NCBI GenBank assembly: GCA_030141605.1
Contig: JAQGDQ010000199.1
Coordinates: 1 to 64,000, forward strand
Origin: Tubiluchus corallicola
Lineage: Eukaryota > Animalia > Priapulida
Direction of reading: 5' to 3'
Length of the DNA stretch: 64,000 nt
Positions within the stretch are counted from its first letter, which is position 1; each line of letters starts with the position of its first letter. The translations under genes and the position numbers were made by a program. The notes beneath the pieces were generated by a model, which worked only from the letters and a program-made list of their open reading frames with translations, searched no databases and had not been told where the DNA came from. This document shows, in pieces, positions 36,088 to 49,169 of the stretch.

Positions 36088-37059
36088 CTAAACGACATCA
36101 CTGAAAACCGGAGTTGCCGATCGGCAACTTAGTATATACTGGACTGCCTTCCTTAAATCCTTATTTTTCCATGCATAGATGAAAGGATTAAACAATGAAT
36201 TCAGCATAAACAAAATATAAACTACTGGTCTTGCGTGAGCATCCAGATAAAAAACATCCGTGCTTCGAGCGTACACAATACCGACAATATTGAGAGGTAA
36301 ATAACATACAATAAAAGCTCCAATTATAATAAACATCAACTTTGTCTGCTTTACATTTTGCGCAAATGTAAAATCCTGCTGAGTTGCTTGATTAATTCTA
36401 ATTATATGTTGCCGTATTATCACCATTATTTTCACATAAACAGCAGACATTATTGTCACAATCACTACAAAGTGAATAGTTGATATATATATTAGTGTCT
36501 TATTGTTGTTCATTACTCTCAAATAATCACACGTATAGCTATCGTTTATTCGTTCCACGTCGTTGTCGTATGCTACCAACAGTGCCATAAGAAATGAGTA
36601 ACACCATGACACGGCTATAGCATTTTTCGCCCTCTGTAATTTAACAATTCTGTAATAATGCAATGGATGTATAATTGCTATGTACCTGTCAACTGTCACC
36701 ATCATCAACATAACAAGTGCTTCCACTTGCGCCATTTCCATGACAATCATTAAACATAGACACACCCATTTTGCTTTCGTTTCATTGCTGTCGAAAGCAT
36801 AAACTTTCTCCATATTTACCACAAATCCCACAATTCCTATAATTATATCAGTCGCAGACAAGTTGCAGATGAACAAGTTACTCGTGTTACACAGCTGAGG
36901 ATATCTGAAAAAAGCTCCGACCACAATTGAATTCAAGAAAACTATAATGCTAGGAATTAGGAAAAAAAATGGCCCGTATATGTGATTGTACATATACACT
37001 GTAGAAGCGTTGATACTGTCATCGGTCCGTATTTCATCTGTGGTGTTATTAGAAAACAT
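36088..37059 (-). CDS. Intronless class A orphan GPCR, 323 aa, nested antisense in cathepsin C intron 3
   Basis: Seven TM segments with NLSATD, DRY, CYLP and NPFIY motifs. Clear paralogue of 11284-12255 (shared MFSNN, VTVDRYIAI.HPL, QQD.TF.Q.V.Q.K.MFI and YAWKN.DLR). Confidence 0.93.
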   Translation of the reverse strand: MFSNNTTDEIRTDDSINASTVYMYNHIYGPFFFLIPSIIVFLNSIVVGAFFRYPQLCNTSNLFICNLSATDIIIGIVGFVVNMEKVYAFDSNETKAKWVCLCLMIVMEMAQVEALVMLMMVTVDRYIAIIHPLHYYRIVKLQRAKNAIAVSWCYSFLMALLVAYDNDVERINDSYTCDYLRVMNNNKTLIYISTIHFVVIVTIMSAVYVKIMVIIRQHIIRINQATQQDFTFAQNVKQTKLMFIIIGAFIVCYLPLNIVGIVYARSTDVFYLDAHARPVVYILFMLNSLFNPFIYAWKNKDLRKAVQYILSCRSATPVFSDVV

Positions 37060-37511
37060 TTTTACTCTCGGTTTTTATTCCCAAATGCCTTTGATGAGCC
37101 TGCCATCGTGTAAGTTACTCTAGTTTTATTATGCAAACCAAATGCCCACGTACAACCAACAACAAGATGCTGTTTTATTGCCTTGTTAGTTTAGTTTTTA
37201 TTGAAACCTTTCACGTGTATCTCTCCCATGTCATAGTTAACAATGACGTGTTGTTTGCATTCGCGCAGTTTAAACATATGCTGTGATCCGTCACATCTCA
37301 TAATTGATACCTTACTGTTCTTTTGTTTGCGCTATTGTTTACTTTTCATTGAATCCCTTTGCACTTTTATCTCTCATATCATAGTGTACAATGACATGCT
37401 ATTTGTTTTTATGCAAATCAAACAAATTAGCCACTGAATGCTTCTGTGTACTAAATACTGTTATATAGTATTTAGTATATAGTATATACTCATTGGCTGT
37501 CCCTCATTAAA

Positions 37512-37725
37512 TCGGGAGTGACCAACTATGAGTCCAGGCGCATCCAAGTTAGGCAGGAGAAAAGACAGCTTCGAAAAGACAGAGAACGCAATGCCTATCA
37601 AGGTACACCATTTTCATGTCCTCATTGCAGGAGGTTCTCAGCAAGAATCGGGCTCATAAGCCACCTCCTTACCCGCCCTACGGAGTCATGGTCCTCTTCG
37701 ACTACGAACAACGACAACAACAACT
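37512..37725 (+). mobile_element. 3' end of an RTE-clade LINE
   Basis: Encodes CPHC..FSARIGLISHL, a C-terminal zinc-finger-like motif typical of RTE ORFs, followed by a short 3' UTR and an (AAC)n tail. Confidence 0.7.
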
Positions 37726-37844
37726 GTTATATAATAATAATATAACAGCATTAATCTTTACTTAAAATCAGCTTTTATTTAAACAATTAACATGATTTCT
37801 GCTAACTGTAAATAACAATAGTACAGCTACATAAGAGAGACTAT

Positions 37845-37985
37845 TATTACCCCATTTTGCCCTAAATACCAGGCACCGGGCAGGACAACAGCAGGTACTG
37901 TTTCTAAAGTCTTGTATGACCCGGAGGCAATATCAAACTCACGACCTCCCAGAGGAAAAGCGGACGCGTTACCACTAGACTATAC
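37845..37985 (-). mobile_element. Degenerate tRNA-derived SINE
   Basis: Reverse complement gives tagtggtaacgcgtccgc...ggtcgtgagtttga...gtcatacaagacttt..aacagtacctgctg, similar to the core of 50513-50760. Confidence 0.55.
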
Positions 37986-38329
37986 TCTCTGGTCTACATG
38001 CTCATGTTCATTTGCTTTTTGCTTTTTCTAATGTTTATAGGTAGTTAGTTGCTACAAACCCAGGTTTTCTAAACATTGCTAGATTTGTCGCTACGTATAG
38101 TTTTATATATATAATCTTTATCTGCCACTAAAATACATTGATAATCACTGAAAAAAGACGGTCAATCAGTGTTAGTTACTGAAAACTTACATTGCTAAAG
38201 GTAAATGCATCAGTGCAATCTAAACTACTGTGTAGTAGCAAAAAGTAGTGACGAATAAAAATATAACGTATTTGCACTGTGCGATGCCTGGCTTAGTTTG
38301 ATAATTATTTTAAAGACATTGATTTTCAG

Positions 38330-38488
38330 GACCTACGACACGAGCCTGCACCGGATCAACGTTGACATGATATCTGAGATCAATTCCATCCAGAAAAGCT
38401 GGAAGGCAGGGATTTATCCTGAATATGCTACGATGACAGTTGAGGACATTTTGCGCCGTTCTGGTGGTCGTAATTCACGCCTGTTTAG
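38330..38488 (+). CDS. CTSC: Cathepsin C exon 4 (propeptide)
   Basis: Translates INSIQKSWKAGIYPEYATMTVEDILRRSGG; splice phases are consistent. Confidence 0.93.
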
Positions 38489-38747
38489 GTGATTTAAATG
38501 CGACTTTGGTTAGAACACGTTTCAGTTTTATGCGTTTTTTAGTCCGTCCATTAAGGCAGTCCATAGTGGATTGTCAAAAAGATATGATTCATTGTTTCTA
38601 ATTGTTTGGCTGTACTTGGAACTTTTGTACATTGTTTACTTTTCGTACGTGCAATTTCGCTAATTGTACAACTTTAGTTTTTGTGCAGGTGCACCTTTTG
38701 ATCAATTGCCATGAAAGGTTCTTTGGGCAATTTTTTTTAAAATTGCG

Positions 38748-39096
38748 CAGTCGACCCTCGTTAAACCGGACCTCGTTAGCCCGGATATCGGATAAGACGG
38801 ACGTCATCCGTGGTAAAGGAAACTGACCGATTTTCGTCCGAGCCGGAGCGCTAAACACAACACGGCCTACCAACTGTACAATAATTTCTTTATCCTCACA
38901 GGTTAACTATTTTAAAGTAATATACAGTATAGTATATAGTGTACAGTATATAGTGCAATGTATATAGGCCTTATTAAGGTGATTTTTCCTGTATAATATA
39001 CACCATATGTAGGCATATCGGATAAATCGGACAATCGGCTAAACCGGACCACCCCCCCCCACCCCCCAATTAGTCCAGTTTAACGAGGGTTGACTG
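38748..39096. mobile_element. Tc1/mariner (pogo/Tigger-like) MITE
   Basis: Terminal inverted repeats cagtcgaccctcgttaaac and gtttaacgagggttgactg followed by TA. An inverted copy lies at 45507-45822. Confidence 0.85.
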
Positions 39097-39161
39097 TATA
39101 TTCTTTCTTCCTTTGTTCAATCATTCATTTGTTTACATTGTTTTTCTTTGGTTATTTTTAG

Positions 39162-39280
39162 CGCGCCGTCACCTGCTCCAGCGACAAAAGAGATAACAAA
39201 GCAAGCGGACGAGCTCCCTCTAGAATGGGACTGGAGAAACATAGACGGGATCAGTTATGTGTCACCTGTACGAAATCAAG
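39162..39280 (+). CDS. CTSC: Cathepsin C exon 5
   Basis: Translates [22 protein letters not shown], the start of the mature chain. The donor GTCCGG is weak. Confidence 0.92.
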
Positions 39281-39741
39281 GTCCGGTCCAGCGCCACTCA
39301 ATTTTCCACAAACCCTGAATTACATAAACAGTTTTTCTTACTAAACAAAAGATTGACGAATTTAAATTTACTGATTTTTCAATATATACACATGTACACT
39401 TCAGACAGCAAAAAGTTTGAAGTATTTAGTAGAATTTTGCAGTAAAAAAGTATTTGAGTGTTGTGGTCATGTATAGGTGGCCACAGGTGACCCAAACAGG
39501 TGGCTGTTTGGAAATAACACAACCAGAAAAAACAAATTTCAACCTCTTCGACAATTTTTTTTCTTTAAAGCAGTAACATTGACCTTCCAAACCTTGACCA
39601 AGCTGCAACTTCAACAGTGAGTAGCCAGAAATCTTGATTTTCTGGCGCTCTGCCAACATGCTAAATTCTTGCAATCCATTTTCCGTAACAAGTTCTGCAA
39701 AGAAGAGCTGTTTTAGTGAGACTTTTTTGCTTTATTTTTAG

Positions 39742-39873
39742 AATCTTGCGGCAGCTGCTATGCATTCTCCTCTGTCGGAATGGTCGAGGCTAGATTGCGC
39801 GTCCTCACCAATAACAGTCAGAAGGTTGAGTTGTCGCCACAAGATGTCGTCGAATGCAGTGAATACTCGCAAG
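39742..39873 (+). CDS. CTSC: Cathepsin C exon 6 (catalytic Cys)
   Basis: Translates [43 protein letters not shown]. Confidence 0.96.
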
Positions 39874-41729
39874 GTACTCGGCATTACGTGTGCTCAAAAA
39901 TGGGCAACTGAGTAGCAGCATTGCATAGAAATTTGGCATAAGCTATCTAAAGCTGTAGAGTGTCGTCAGTTTTTTTCCTTATTACTTTTATTTACTTTAT
40001 TAACAACTATTTGTTTAAATTTATTTAAAATTATCCACAATTTTCCCAAACGTTATTAAGTTTCGTGATCGTAGTTAAAACACGGGATTTTATTAATTAT
40101 TTTTTCAATTAAAAAGTGCAGGCAAATGAAACTTTAAAAATTCTCTGCCCCGTCAATTAAATTTGTAGCCATACTGATAAAAATATGAGTTTGCAGGTTA
40201 GAGCAGTACAGAAACTGCAGCTCAGCACGACTTAATTTTTATTGTCGGAAACGATGTTATGTTGTTGAAAGGTGGAAATCTACCATTATAAATTGTAATT
40301 GGTTTATGAATTTATGTATGATTATATCATATGGAAAGCAACACTAAGTTGCACAGTCTGAAAAAAATTTGCACCTCCACTGGGGAGTCGAATCATTGAC
40401 CTTCTGCTTTCCGGACAGCTATGCCAACCAGGCATGTGGCAATATATGTAGCTGTCTGGTAGAGTGGTAATGTACTATGTACAAGTTTCGTAGCGTATCA
40501 TAAAAATGTTGTACTGTGTATAAACTGAAGTAATCACTATTTCTCATCGTTCCTACTTTAACAAATACGAGGATAACGAGATAACGTGGCGCATATGGCT
40601 GCGTTTGGGTTCCACTTGCCAGTAAACCAGCCACACGGCCTGCTGGAGAATCATTAAAATTTGCGTAGAAGGTCGCGTTCTCTCACTTCTTAAATTGAGT
40701 CTAACCCACTGATGACGCGAAAGTTACGTTTAAATGTGATTTTGACACAATCTGAATACGAGCAAATAGAATTTGTGCACATTGGAGGCATAACCTGTTT
40801 GGAAAATTCTTTCAACATATCAATGGTGTGGCCCGTTTTGTGCAGTAAGTTTTGAGGGTGGTTTAACAAGCAGCATTCATCTTGACGCTTGTTCGACCGC
40901 TTCGCTGTGTCATATTCTGGCAAAGTTTCGCGATTTGGTTGACAGGCGTCGCCACCAGTATGCTGTCAAAATTTCTGCTGATTTTATTCAGAATTTTGTC
41001 CTGTAAATGTGTCCAAAATCGGTTGAATTTTCAGATTGAAACTCCCGATTTTTTCGAAATTTTGGTCAAACAGCCTATAGAGAAAAAACATTCTAGCGGC
41101 ACTTAGTGTGGCTCTAGCAAGGAGATATATAGCTCTTTATAAAGAGGAAGAACAGGGCTGCACGATGATGTGGGCTATATTTTAGTACACATCCACTAAG
41201 AGGAGTATCGAGGAGTTAATTAGATGTTCTATTTTTGGCTATTTTTGCTTGGAAAACTGCTGACGCAAAGCCATTGTTCTGACATCATCCATTATACTCT
41301 GTCTATATGCCATATTGAAATGACTGATGCGACATCTGGCGGCACAGCTGGAACACGATGCGCCGCTTGCTGTGTGGTTATCTCAATATGTGTGCTATAA
41401 TTTGCGATAATGTATAAATGGTCATTTTCGAAATGGGATATCATCTTCATTACATATAATTTAAAATTATAAAATATTTTCGAAAACGGCCATATTCATT
41501 AAGTAAAACAAATTCTAGCAGCACTTTATAAAATTCTTTATATCCAACTTCAAACTATTTACATGCCTTGGGATTTTTGTCAAATGTGACATCATCGTCG
41601 CCATCTTGGAATTGTAATATCCTACCAAAAATGAGCCAATCCGTAGTATGTAGTAGTATCACTATCGCCCTGTATATTGTGTCCTATGACTAAATTGCTT
41701 GCATTGATAAACATATTGTTGGTGTTTAG

Positions 41730-41901
41730 GGTGTGAAGGCGGGTTCCCATATCTCGTCGCAGGTAAATACACCCAGGATTTCGGAATGGTGGCAGAGGAG
41801 TGCAATCCATATAAGGGATTTGATGACAAATGTCACACCAATCAGACTTGCTACCAACATTACACTGCTGACTATAAATACGTGGGTGGATTCTACGGTG
41901 G
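41730..41901 (+). CDS. CTSC: Cathepsin C exon 7
   Basis: Translates [19 protein letters not shown]...YKYVGGFYG. Donor GTGAGT. Confidence 0.95.
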
Positions 41902-42104
41902 GTGAGTGTTGTAGTCACTGTTTTTTTTGTCATATCAGTGTAGAAAAAAATATTTGTATTTCTGAAACTTTTCTTCAAAACACATTTTGTTTGGTTTTGC
42001 CATTAACAAACTGTTAACTCAAATGTTGTGGTGAAAGTGAAATTCAATATTTATCTGATTACAAAATTTTATGTTAAGATAAACTAATAAAACATGAAAT
42101 CGAC

Positions 42105-42107
<3 letters not shown>

Positions 42108-42150
<43 letters not shown>

Positions 42151-42179
42151 CAGACAGAGAGACAGAGAGAGAGAGAGAG
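42108..42179. repeat. (GA)n microsatellite
   Basis: GA and GACA runs are directly visible. Confidence 0.95.
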
Positions 42180-42319
42180 TTTTATGAAAATTGTAGTGTT
42201 TTAACTAGAAATTATTTTTATTTGAAAAACTGAGAGCTAATGCGTTTTATGATCTACATTATTATGTCGTCTTTTTGTACTCAAAGATGACTCCTGCTTA
42301 AATCTTTTGCGTATTTCAG

Positions 42320-42411
42320 TTGCAATGAAGAACTCATGAAGATACAATTGGTCAAGAATGGCCCAATGTCCATATCATTCGAAGTCTACAGTGATTTTCA
42401 ACAGTACACAG
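42320..42411 (+). CDS. CTSC: Cathepsin C exon 8
   Basis: Translates CNEELMKIQLVKNGPMSISFEVYSDFQQYT. Confidence 0.94.
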
Positions 42412-42489
42412 GTGAAATAATAGACATGGATGTACCTAGTATTAAAATCATTTTGGAGATTAGCCACACACACTCTATTGTAAACTTAG

Positions 42490-43047
42490 ATTAGTTTAGT
42501 TTAGTTTAGTTTAGTTTAGTTTAGTTTAGTTTAGTTTAGTTTAGTTTAGTTTAGTTTAGTTTAGTTTAGTTTAGTTTAGTTTAGTTTAGTTTAGTTTAGT
42601 TTAGTTTAGTTTAGTTTAGTTTAGTTTAGTTTAGTTTAGTTTAGTTTAGTTTAGTTTAGTTTAGTTTAGTTTAGTTTAGTTTAGTTTAGTTCAGTTCAGT
42701 TCAGTTCAGTTCAGTTCAGTTCAGTTCAGTTCAGTTCAGTTCAGTTCCGTTCCGTTCCGTTCCGTTCCGTTCAGTTTTAGTTTAGTTTAGTTTAGTTCAG
42801 TTCAGTTCAGTTCAGTTCAGTTCAGTTCAGTTCAGTTCCGTTCCGTTCCGTTCCGTTTTAGTTTAGTTTAGTTTAGTTTAGTTTAGTTTAGTTTAGTTTA
42901 GTTTAGTTTAGTTTAGTTTAGTTTAGTTTAGTTTAGTTTAGTTTAGTTTAGTTTAGTTCAGTTCAGTTCAGTTCAGTTCAATTCAGTTCAGTTCAGCTCA
43001 GCTCAGCTCAGCTCAGTTCAGCTCAGCTCAGCTCAGCTTAGTTTAGT
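42490..43047. repeat. Compound pentanucleotide microsatellite (TTTAG/TTCAG/TTCCG/CTCAG)n
   Basis: Successive blocks of variant pentamers are directly visible. Confidence 0.97.
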
Positions 43048-43170
43048 CAGGATCTCCATACATACACCATGCCCTGGCGTTCGCCCTGGAGACGTTCACG
43101 GATCGCACTGCTTAACCACAGTCGATGCTGCAGCTCCTTCAATGTGATCAGTAACAGAAGGATGCCAACC
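43047..43170 (+). mobile_element. 3' fragment of the 5S-derived SINE
   Basis: caggatctccata...cgccctggagacgttca..gatc...cagaaggatgccaac matches 23617-23765. Confidence 0.8.
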
Positions 43171-43434
43171 ACTTATATATGATGCTTTTAAAATTAGCTC
43201 ATTGGTCAACTAACAAATGATAAATATATAAGCTTAACTCTTGGCAACATATGCTGGTGAATAAATTGATGGACTTCTATACCTTTGCATCATAAAAATA
43301 TCTAATTCTAGGCTTGATCAAGCTTCACTAGTCCTATACTTTTTTTTTATACTGCTTGTAAATAATAATGTTATGGTTTCCCTTTGTATATTTTTGTGAC
43401 AATATACTTAACTAAGCTATGAATATTTTTCCAG

Positions 43435-43667
43435 GTGGTATCTACCATCACACCGGGGTGGTCGATAAGTTCAACCCTTTCGAAATCACGAATCATGCTG
43501 TGCTGCTAGTGGGCTACGGGCACGATCACGAGACCCTAGAGAAGTTCTGGATTGTCAAAAACAGTTGGGGTGAGTCGTGGGGCGAGCGCGGCTACTTCCG
43601 TATCCGGCGCGGTACCGATGAGTGCTCGATAGAGAGCATCGCCGTGGAAACGTTCCCAATTCCGTGA
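43435..43667 (+). CDS. CTSC: Cathepsin C exon 9 (catalytic His and Asn; protein 448 aa)
   Basis: Translates [14 protein letters not shown]...[30 protein letters not shown] then TGA. AATAAA at 43752. All nine exons sum to 1347 nt in frame. Confidence 0.97.
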
Positions 43668-45506
43668 GAGTTATCTGTTGTCTCTTACTACCATGTTGGC
43701 TACACAGTAGAACTCTGCTGCTCACATAGGATACTGTCAAAATTTGCTTACAATAAAGTTTTATGTATGCTTCGTTTGTCTGATTCCAAGATCACGACCT
43801 TCAGTTTTGCTTAAATATAACTGCAAATAAGATCACATTTGTTCAAGTAGCCGGCCAATGAGAACTGCTCTAACAAGGTGCTATGATTTCATGATTTATC
43901 TACATTTATCAAAAACGTTTCAGTATTGAAAAAGATCTGTGATTAACTGTGTTTTCAATGTGCAAAATGAGCACTAGTCTGTATAAGGTGACTGAAGATT
44001 AGTATTAATAAAATTCACATTTTAGTACAACAGGCGTGTGACATATGCAATTGGCCTTATGTGCTATGATACAGTATAAAATCATTATAGGGATCCTGCT
44101 AGGGATTCAGAAAAAATACTGTCAGTTTGGATTAGTGTCTGTGTGTACGCAATAAACCAAGTTTGCCATGGGGGTGTCAAACAGGTCATTTGCCCTCCCC
44201 CTCCTGGACAAGGGGTTTCGAAGTTGAAACTTTATAATTAATTCCCTAAGGAGTGTCGAGTCTTGGACATTTCTATTCTCTGCCTCACTCAGTAGTACGG
44301 TAAATTATCTGATATAAGCTATTGTCACTCTGGCTTAAGAGGCCAGATCCGGGGTTCAGGCGGTCACTACGGACAGTGACAGCTTAGGACAAATCACAGC
44401 CGCCAATACAAAGGGGAGGATTAGGGTCTTCAGCAGCGACAAAACTGTGCAGTCTCAGTCATATCATTTTACGTTTGTGTGGACTGTACGTGGTGAGTGT
44501 TCAGCAAGCAGCGAGGAAACGTTCTTGAATGAAAATGATCAAAAATAATCAGTATAATGTGTATTTACAGTGCTCCAAACCCACCCTCTAGCTACACTTG
44601 CCCGACCCCACCCACACTACTCCATACGGTGGCCCAGAGGTACAATAATTTTAAACAATAATTGTGATAGTACAAGTCCTTTTGTCCCCCCTGGAAACGT
44701 TGCAGAGGACGGCCATGATGTTTGCTATAATGGTGTTATACTGTATGTTGTTTTGCAAATGATTTCCCAGTTCTTAATTTGAATGCATTAGATGTGTATT
44801 AAACTTTGGATAGATTTTAAGTTTGTAATTTCACTCAACTTGCTGTCATACTGAAGTAAACACTGCCAATAATATAAGTGAAAAGTGTTAATCTAAACAC
44901 TTTTTTACTCGATGATGTGTATCACTAAATCAAATATGCGAATTAACAAAACCGTAACTATACGTAATTTCTAATGATTGAGATTTGTGATTATGGTTGT
45001 CCTTATTGTAAATTAAACGTTATTTAATTTAATATTGACTTGTGTAAATAAGTATTTAGCATGTCAAATTTTTTATGCATAATTTCTCAAACGAGTAATC
45101 CTAAGGTATGTGAATAAGAGATGTTGTTCGAGAGTTGAAACTACGATGCAAAGTAGTGCAACTTAGATTAATTTCAGTGCCGTTTTATTTACTACAGTCC
45201 AGCCGCTTGTGATTTACAACACCCATTTATAATGCCAAACTCGCTATAACATCAACTTTTTTTGCAGTCCCAAAGTAGCTGGTATAAAGAAGTTTGACTG
45301 ACTCAGAAATTTAATTTACCAGATGGTCTATACATTTTATAGTGTTTTGCTCACACAGGTAGTAAATATTTACAAAATGGTTATTATAGTCAAAATATGT
45401 TGCACGTTCTTGCCGAAGGAAGTTATAAATTCAATATTGTCATATTACTGCTTGTTAATAGCTCTTTACCAACCCGATTTTGTGTCAAAATTATTACAAA
45501 TACGTA

Positions 45507-45822
45507 CAGTCAACCCTCGTTAATACGGGGGGTGGTCCGGTTTAGCCAATTGACCGATTTATCCGATATGCCTATATATGGTCTATATTATACAGGAATA
45601 ATCACTTTAATAAGGCCTATATACATTGCACTATATACTGTACTGTATATTACTTTAAAATAGTTAACCTGTGAGGATAAAGAAATTATTGTACAGTTGG
45701 TAGGCCGTGTTGTGTTCAGCGCTCCGGCTCGGGCGGAAATCGGTCAGTGTCCTTTACCACGGATGACGTCCGTCTTATCCGATATCCGTGCTAACGGGGT
45801 CCGGTTTAACGAGGGTCGACTG
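45507..45822. mobile_element. Tc1/mariner (pogo/Tigger-like) MITE, inverted copy of 38748-39096
   Basis: TA-cagtcaaccctcgttaa ... gtttaacgagggtcgactg, with a highly similar internal sequence. Confidence 0.85.
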
Positions 45823-48800
45823 TGTATAGGAGCCGTGATTATAGTCAAAATCATTTATTGCCATAGTTATACGCCTACTAGTTATAGTCAAACAGTTTTA
45901 TTGCCTACTGTTTGTTGTTAATTGCACTTGCCTATGTGATTTTATTATTATATGTTATATATGCCATTAAAGAGCAAATTAAAATACTTGAAAGGGATTT
46001 TTATTAGGCATGTCCAAAGTTTTGGCTAATTTTCATGTGCTTTATAAAACTTTGACTACTGTATTTTGCTATTAGACATTTCATCAGGTTTTGTACTTGA
46101 ATTGAAACATTTGTTTATCAGCTCTGCATCATGTGCAGCTGCTGAGAAACAGAATGGTGCAGAAATAAATGAATTGCTAAGGACAATTCACATGACCACC
46201 ACGGAATTTCTTCCAACAGGGATCAAGAAAAGTTTGTTGCAGGAGTCCAAACCACTACTCCATGCAAATCTTTGGTATACTGCGTGGCAAAACCTAGCGT
46301 GTTTCTACATTGGAGGCAAATACGCAAGGCACTTCATAATTTCTTTGCAATTCTTTTGTTTGACTTTTATCATGAACCGGCATGACTGTGATACAAAAGT
46401 ACAAGTATTTTGTAATAAAAAATTATCTTGTTGCACATGGTTGTTGTTCTTATATTAACTCTTTGATATTTATTGGATGAAATTTGTTTATGAGAATCAA
46501 GTCACACTCACAAGACAAACTTTTCCCATGTGAAAGAGTTTACACGTTTCATGCATTTATGTAGTGCTATAGCTCCTGTATTAATTTCTTTGTTTGTCAC
46601 CAGATGGCCACACAAGTTACATTTATAACAGTTGGTATAAATAAATTATTGAACATCTACTACTGTCATATTTAAACTTTTCTTATATGTAAATCTAGAT
46701 TTCATTAAAGTTTGCGTATTTCACGATAAACTAATTTGGCAGATAGGCACAACTGCCAGGAAACCAGAAGGCAAGGTTCGACTCCCAGTTGAGGTTCATA
46801 TTTTTTCAGGCTAACTTAGTCTTGCTTTTGTGCAATTTATTAGTTCATTTGGCCATACACCCTCATTTTTTCAGACTAACTGGCACGAGTCGTAATGACC
46901 AATTCATGCTTTTCGTTTCACAAAAATCCAGCAAACCAGAGAAATTAGCCAAGTGTATCAATCTTAGTTCATACAATATCTTACAATTGAAAATGGAAGA
47001 TGGATTAAAACAGACTTGTAATTTTTGTAACTTACGGGTTAAACAAACCTTGCTCCGTGCCATTATGGAAGGCCTTGATACAAAATGTGAAGTTTCAAAT
47101 AAGGCATATTTTTCTGAATGCCTCTATCGAGAAAGTTAGATATTATAGTAACAGTTAGCTGGTACCTGTTAAATATGTTTTCACTTATGCATGTAATGTT
47201 GTTTTCAAAGCAGTTTGTAAACAAATGTTTGCAGATTGTGTATTCATGGAGCAGTGGCTCACCCGCGTATATCTTGTGCAAGGCTCATGTACTAATTATG
47301 TTGTGATAGTCTTCTGTTACTGTCGTTGAAACTTGGAATTGCTAAAGTACCGCAGCTTAACTGTCTGTAATTCTTGGACAAGCTCTATGCAGATAAATCT
47401 TGAACAACTGACTAAAGAAAAAGCACAAAAACAACCAAAGATGATTTTTCCATTTCTTTTATGTATAAAATACCAAAGATTTCTGATTACAGCAAAATGT
47501 ACACAAAAAATATATTAGAAAGTGTTTTCGTTAGTTTACTTATAGTATGTTCTTATATAATAATCACTTCTCATAATTAGCTTTATTTGCAGCACAAACA
47601 CTAATAAATTCAGCATTTTCAACACTTCCTAAACTCAATTAAATCAGTGGTCACTAAATCCTTATCTATAAGTCTTTTCGCTATCCTTTCTCTAGTTCTA
47701 AGTCTATCTATACATTTTAACCATTCTTCAAAACTTATTAGAGATTCTTTTATTAATCATGTTTTATTGTAGCATTATAAAGAGGTAAATAAATTAAAAT
47801 TGAATTGAATTGAAAAAATATAAGCTATTAATGCCATAATTTGGTTACGGAATCTAACTAAAACAACTGTTTATGACATAAAAAAATGTGGTAGGTTTAG
47901 ACGTAAACGCATGGTTTACACGATAGTAGACCTACGTGTCACAATTTTAGGAAAGTATAGTTATCTATAATGTAGAAAGATTAAATTTTGCAATCTTTCC
48001 AGTGTCGGGAATTTTCCCATTGTCACTACATTTGATAACCAGAAAGTGATCTTACACACAGGATGGTACATTCGTAACAGTGCAAGTCTTTTTACTAATT
48101 TCAATACTGGGCAAGTAAAGTTATAACACTATACAACACATTATTTCTGTTGCCGGCACAGATGCGCATGCACTACGGGTGAGCATCGAAGTTTCTAATT
48201 CAATTCGAACAAGCTTTTTCTAGTTTGAATTCGATTTGAACCTAAGATTATAGATTCGAATGATTTGACACTTCAACTACATACTTTCTTTACCTATAAA
48301 ACGTGTGAAACATCGTGCAATCGGCATAACTTAGTTGTGGTTTCTACGTACAATTTTTAAACAAATTATTAGTGTTCTTACTGCAGACTAAAATTAAGCA
48401 ATATGCATGATCTTTGTGAAACCATTTTTATTAGTGATTAAAAACCGCCCTCATAGCTAAATTCGACTTGGATTTAAGATCGGTTTAATTACAGTTTGAG
48501 GGTCATAAATTCAATTCGATTTGAATTTACTTTCTGGTAAAGAATGCTCACCTCTACTGTGTACTATACCAGGCATGGAAGATCTTATAACTTCATTATT
48601 TAATGAAAATCAAAAACAACAAACAGTTTTGGTTCTATTTACTCTTGACTAATAATCAATATTTAAAAATGGTTTAGATAAATACCTACAATCCATAATT
48701 ACAACTATTTACAATCATTTTGTGGAATATAACTTATCGTATAATGATAAATAACAAGTATATACACTTTATAATAACAATAGTTATACTACGGGAATAT

Positions 48801-49169
48801 GTACTTTCACTCGATATACATAAAAAAGGATTAATACCAACGTGTTAGAAAAAGTAACCGTGATTAAAATACACTAACGAACCAAAATCATATTAAACAT
48901 ATACACGATTGATTGCAAAGGCATTAAATAACAGTCACTGCATGCTACGCGTAATGAAAATGCATTGCATTTGGCACAAAAATATAATATAAAACTATAC
49001 AGAAAGATTTTAATAGATCTGTTATTGAAAATATCAGTAAAACACAAATTTTAAACAGATACATGAATGAACTGATGGAAAAGCATGCTTTTATTTCACT
49101 AACAAAACGGACATTTTGCAACCCATTAACGGGTCGCTTCTATTTGCAACCCATTAACGGGTCGCTTCT

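Noticed and set aside
38598-38873. Duplicated small protein MVGRVVFSAPAR (also 45697-45921)
   Set aside because: Both ORFs are read from the two copies of the same MITE.
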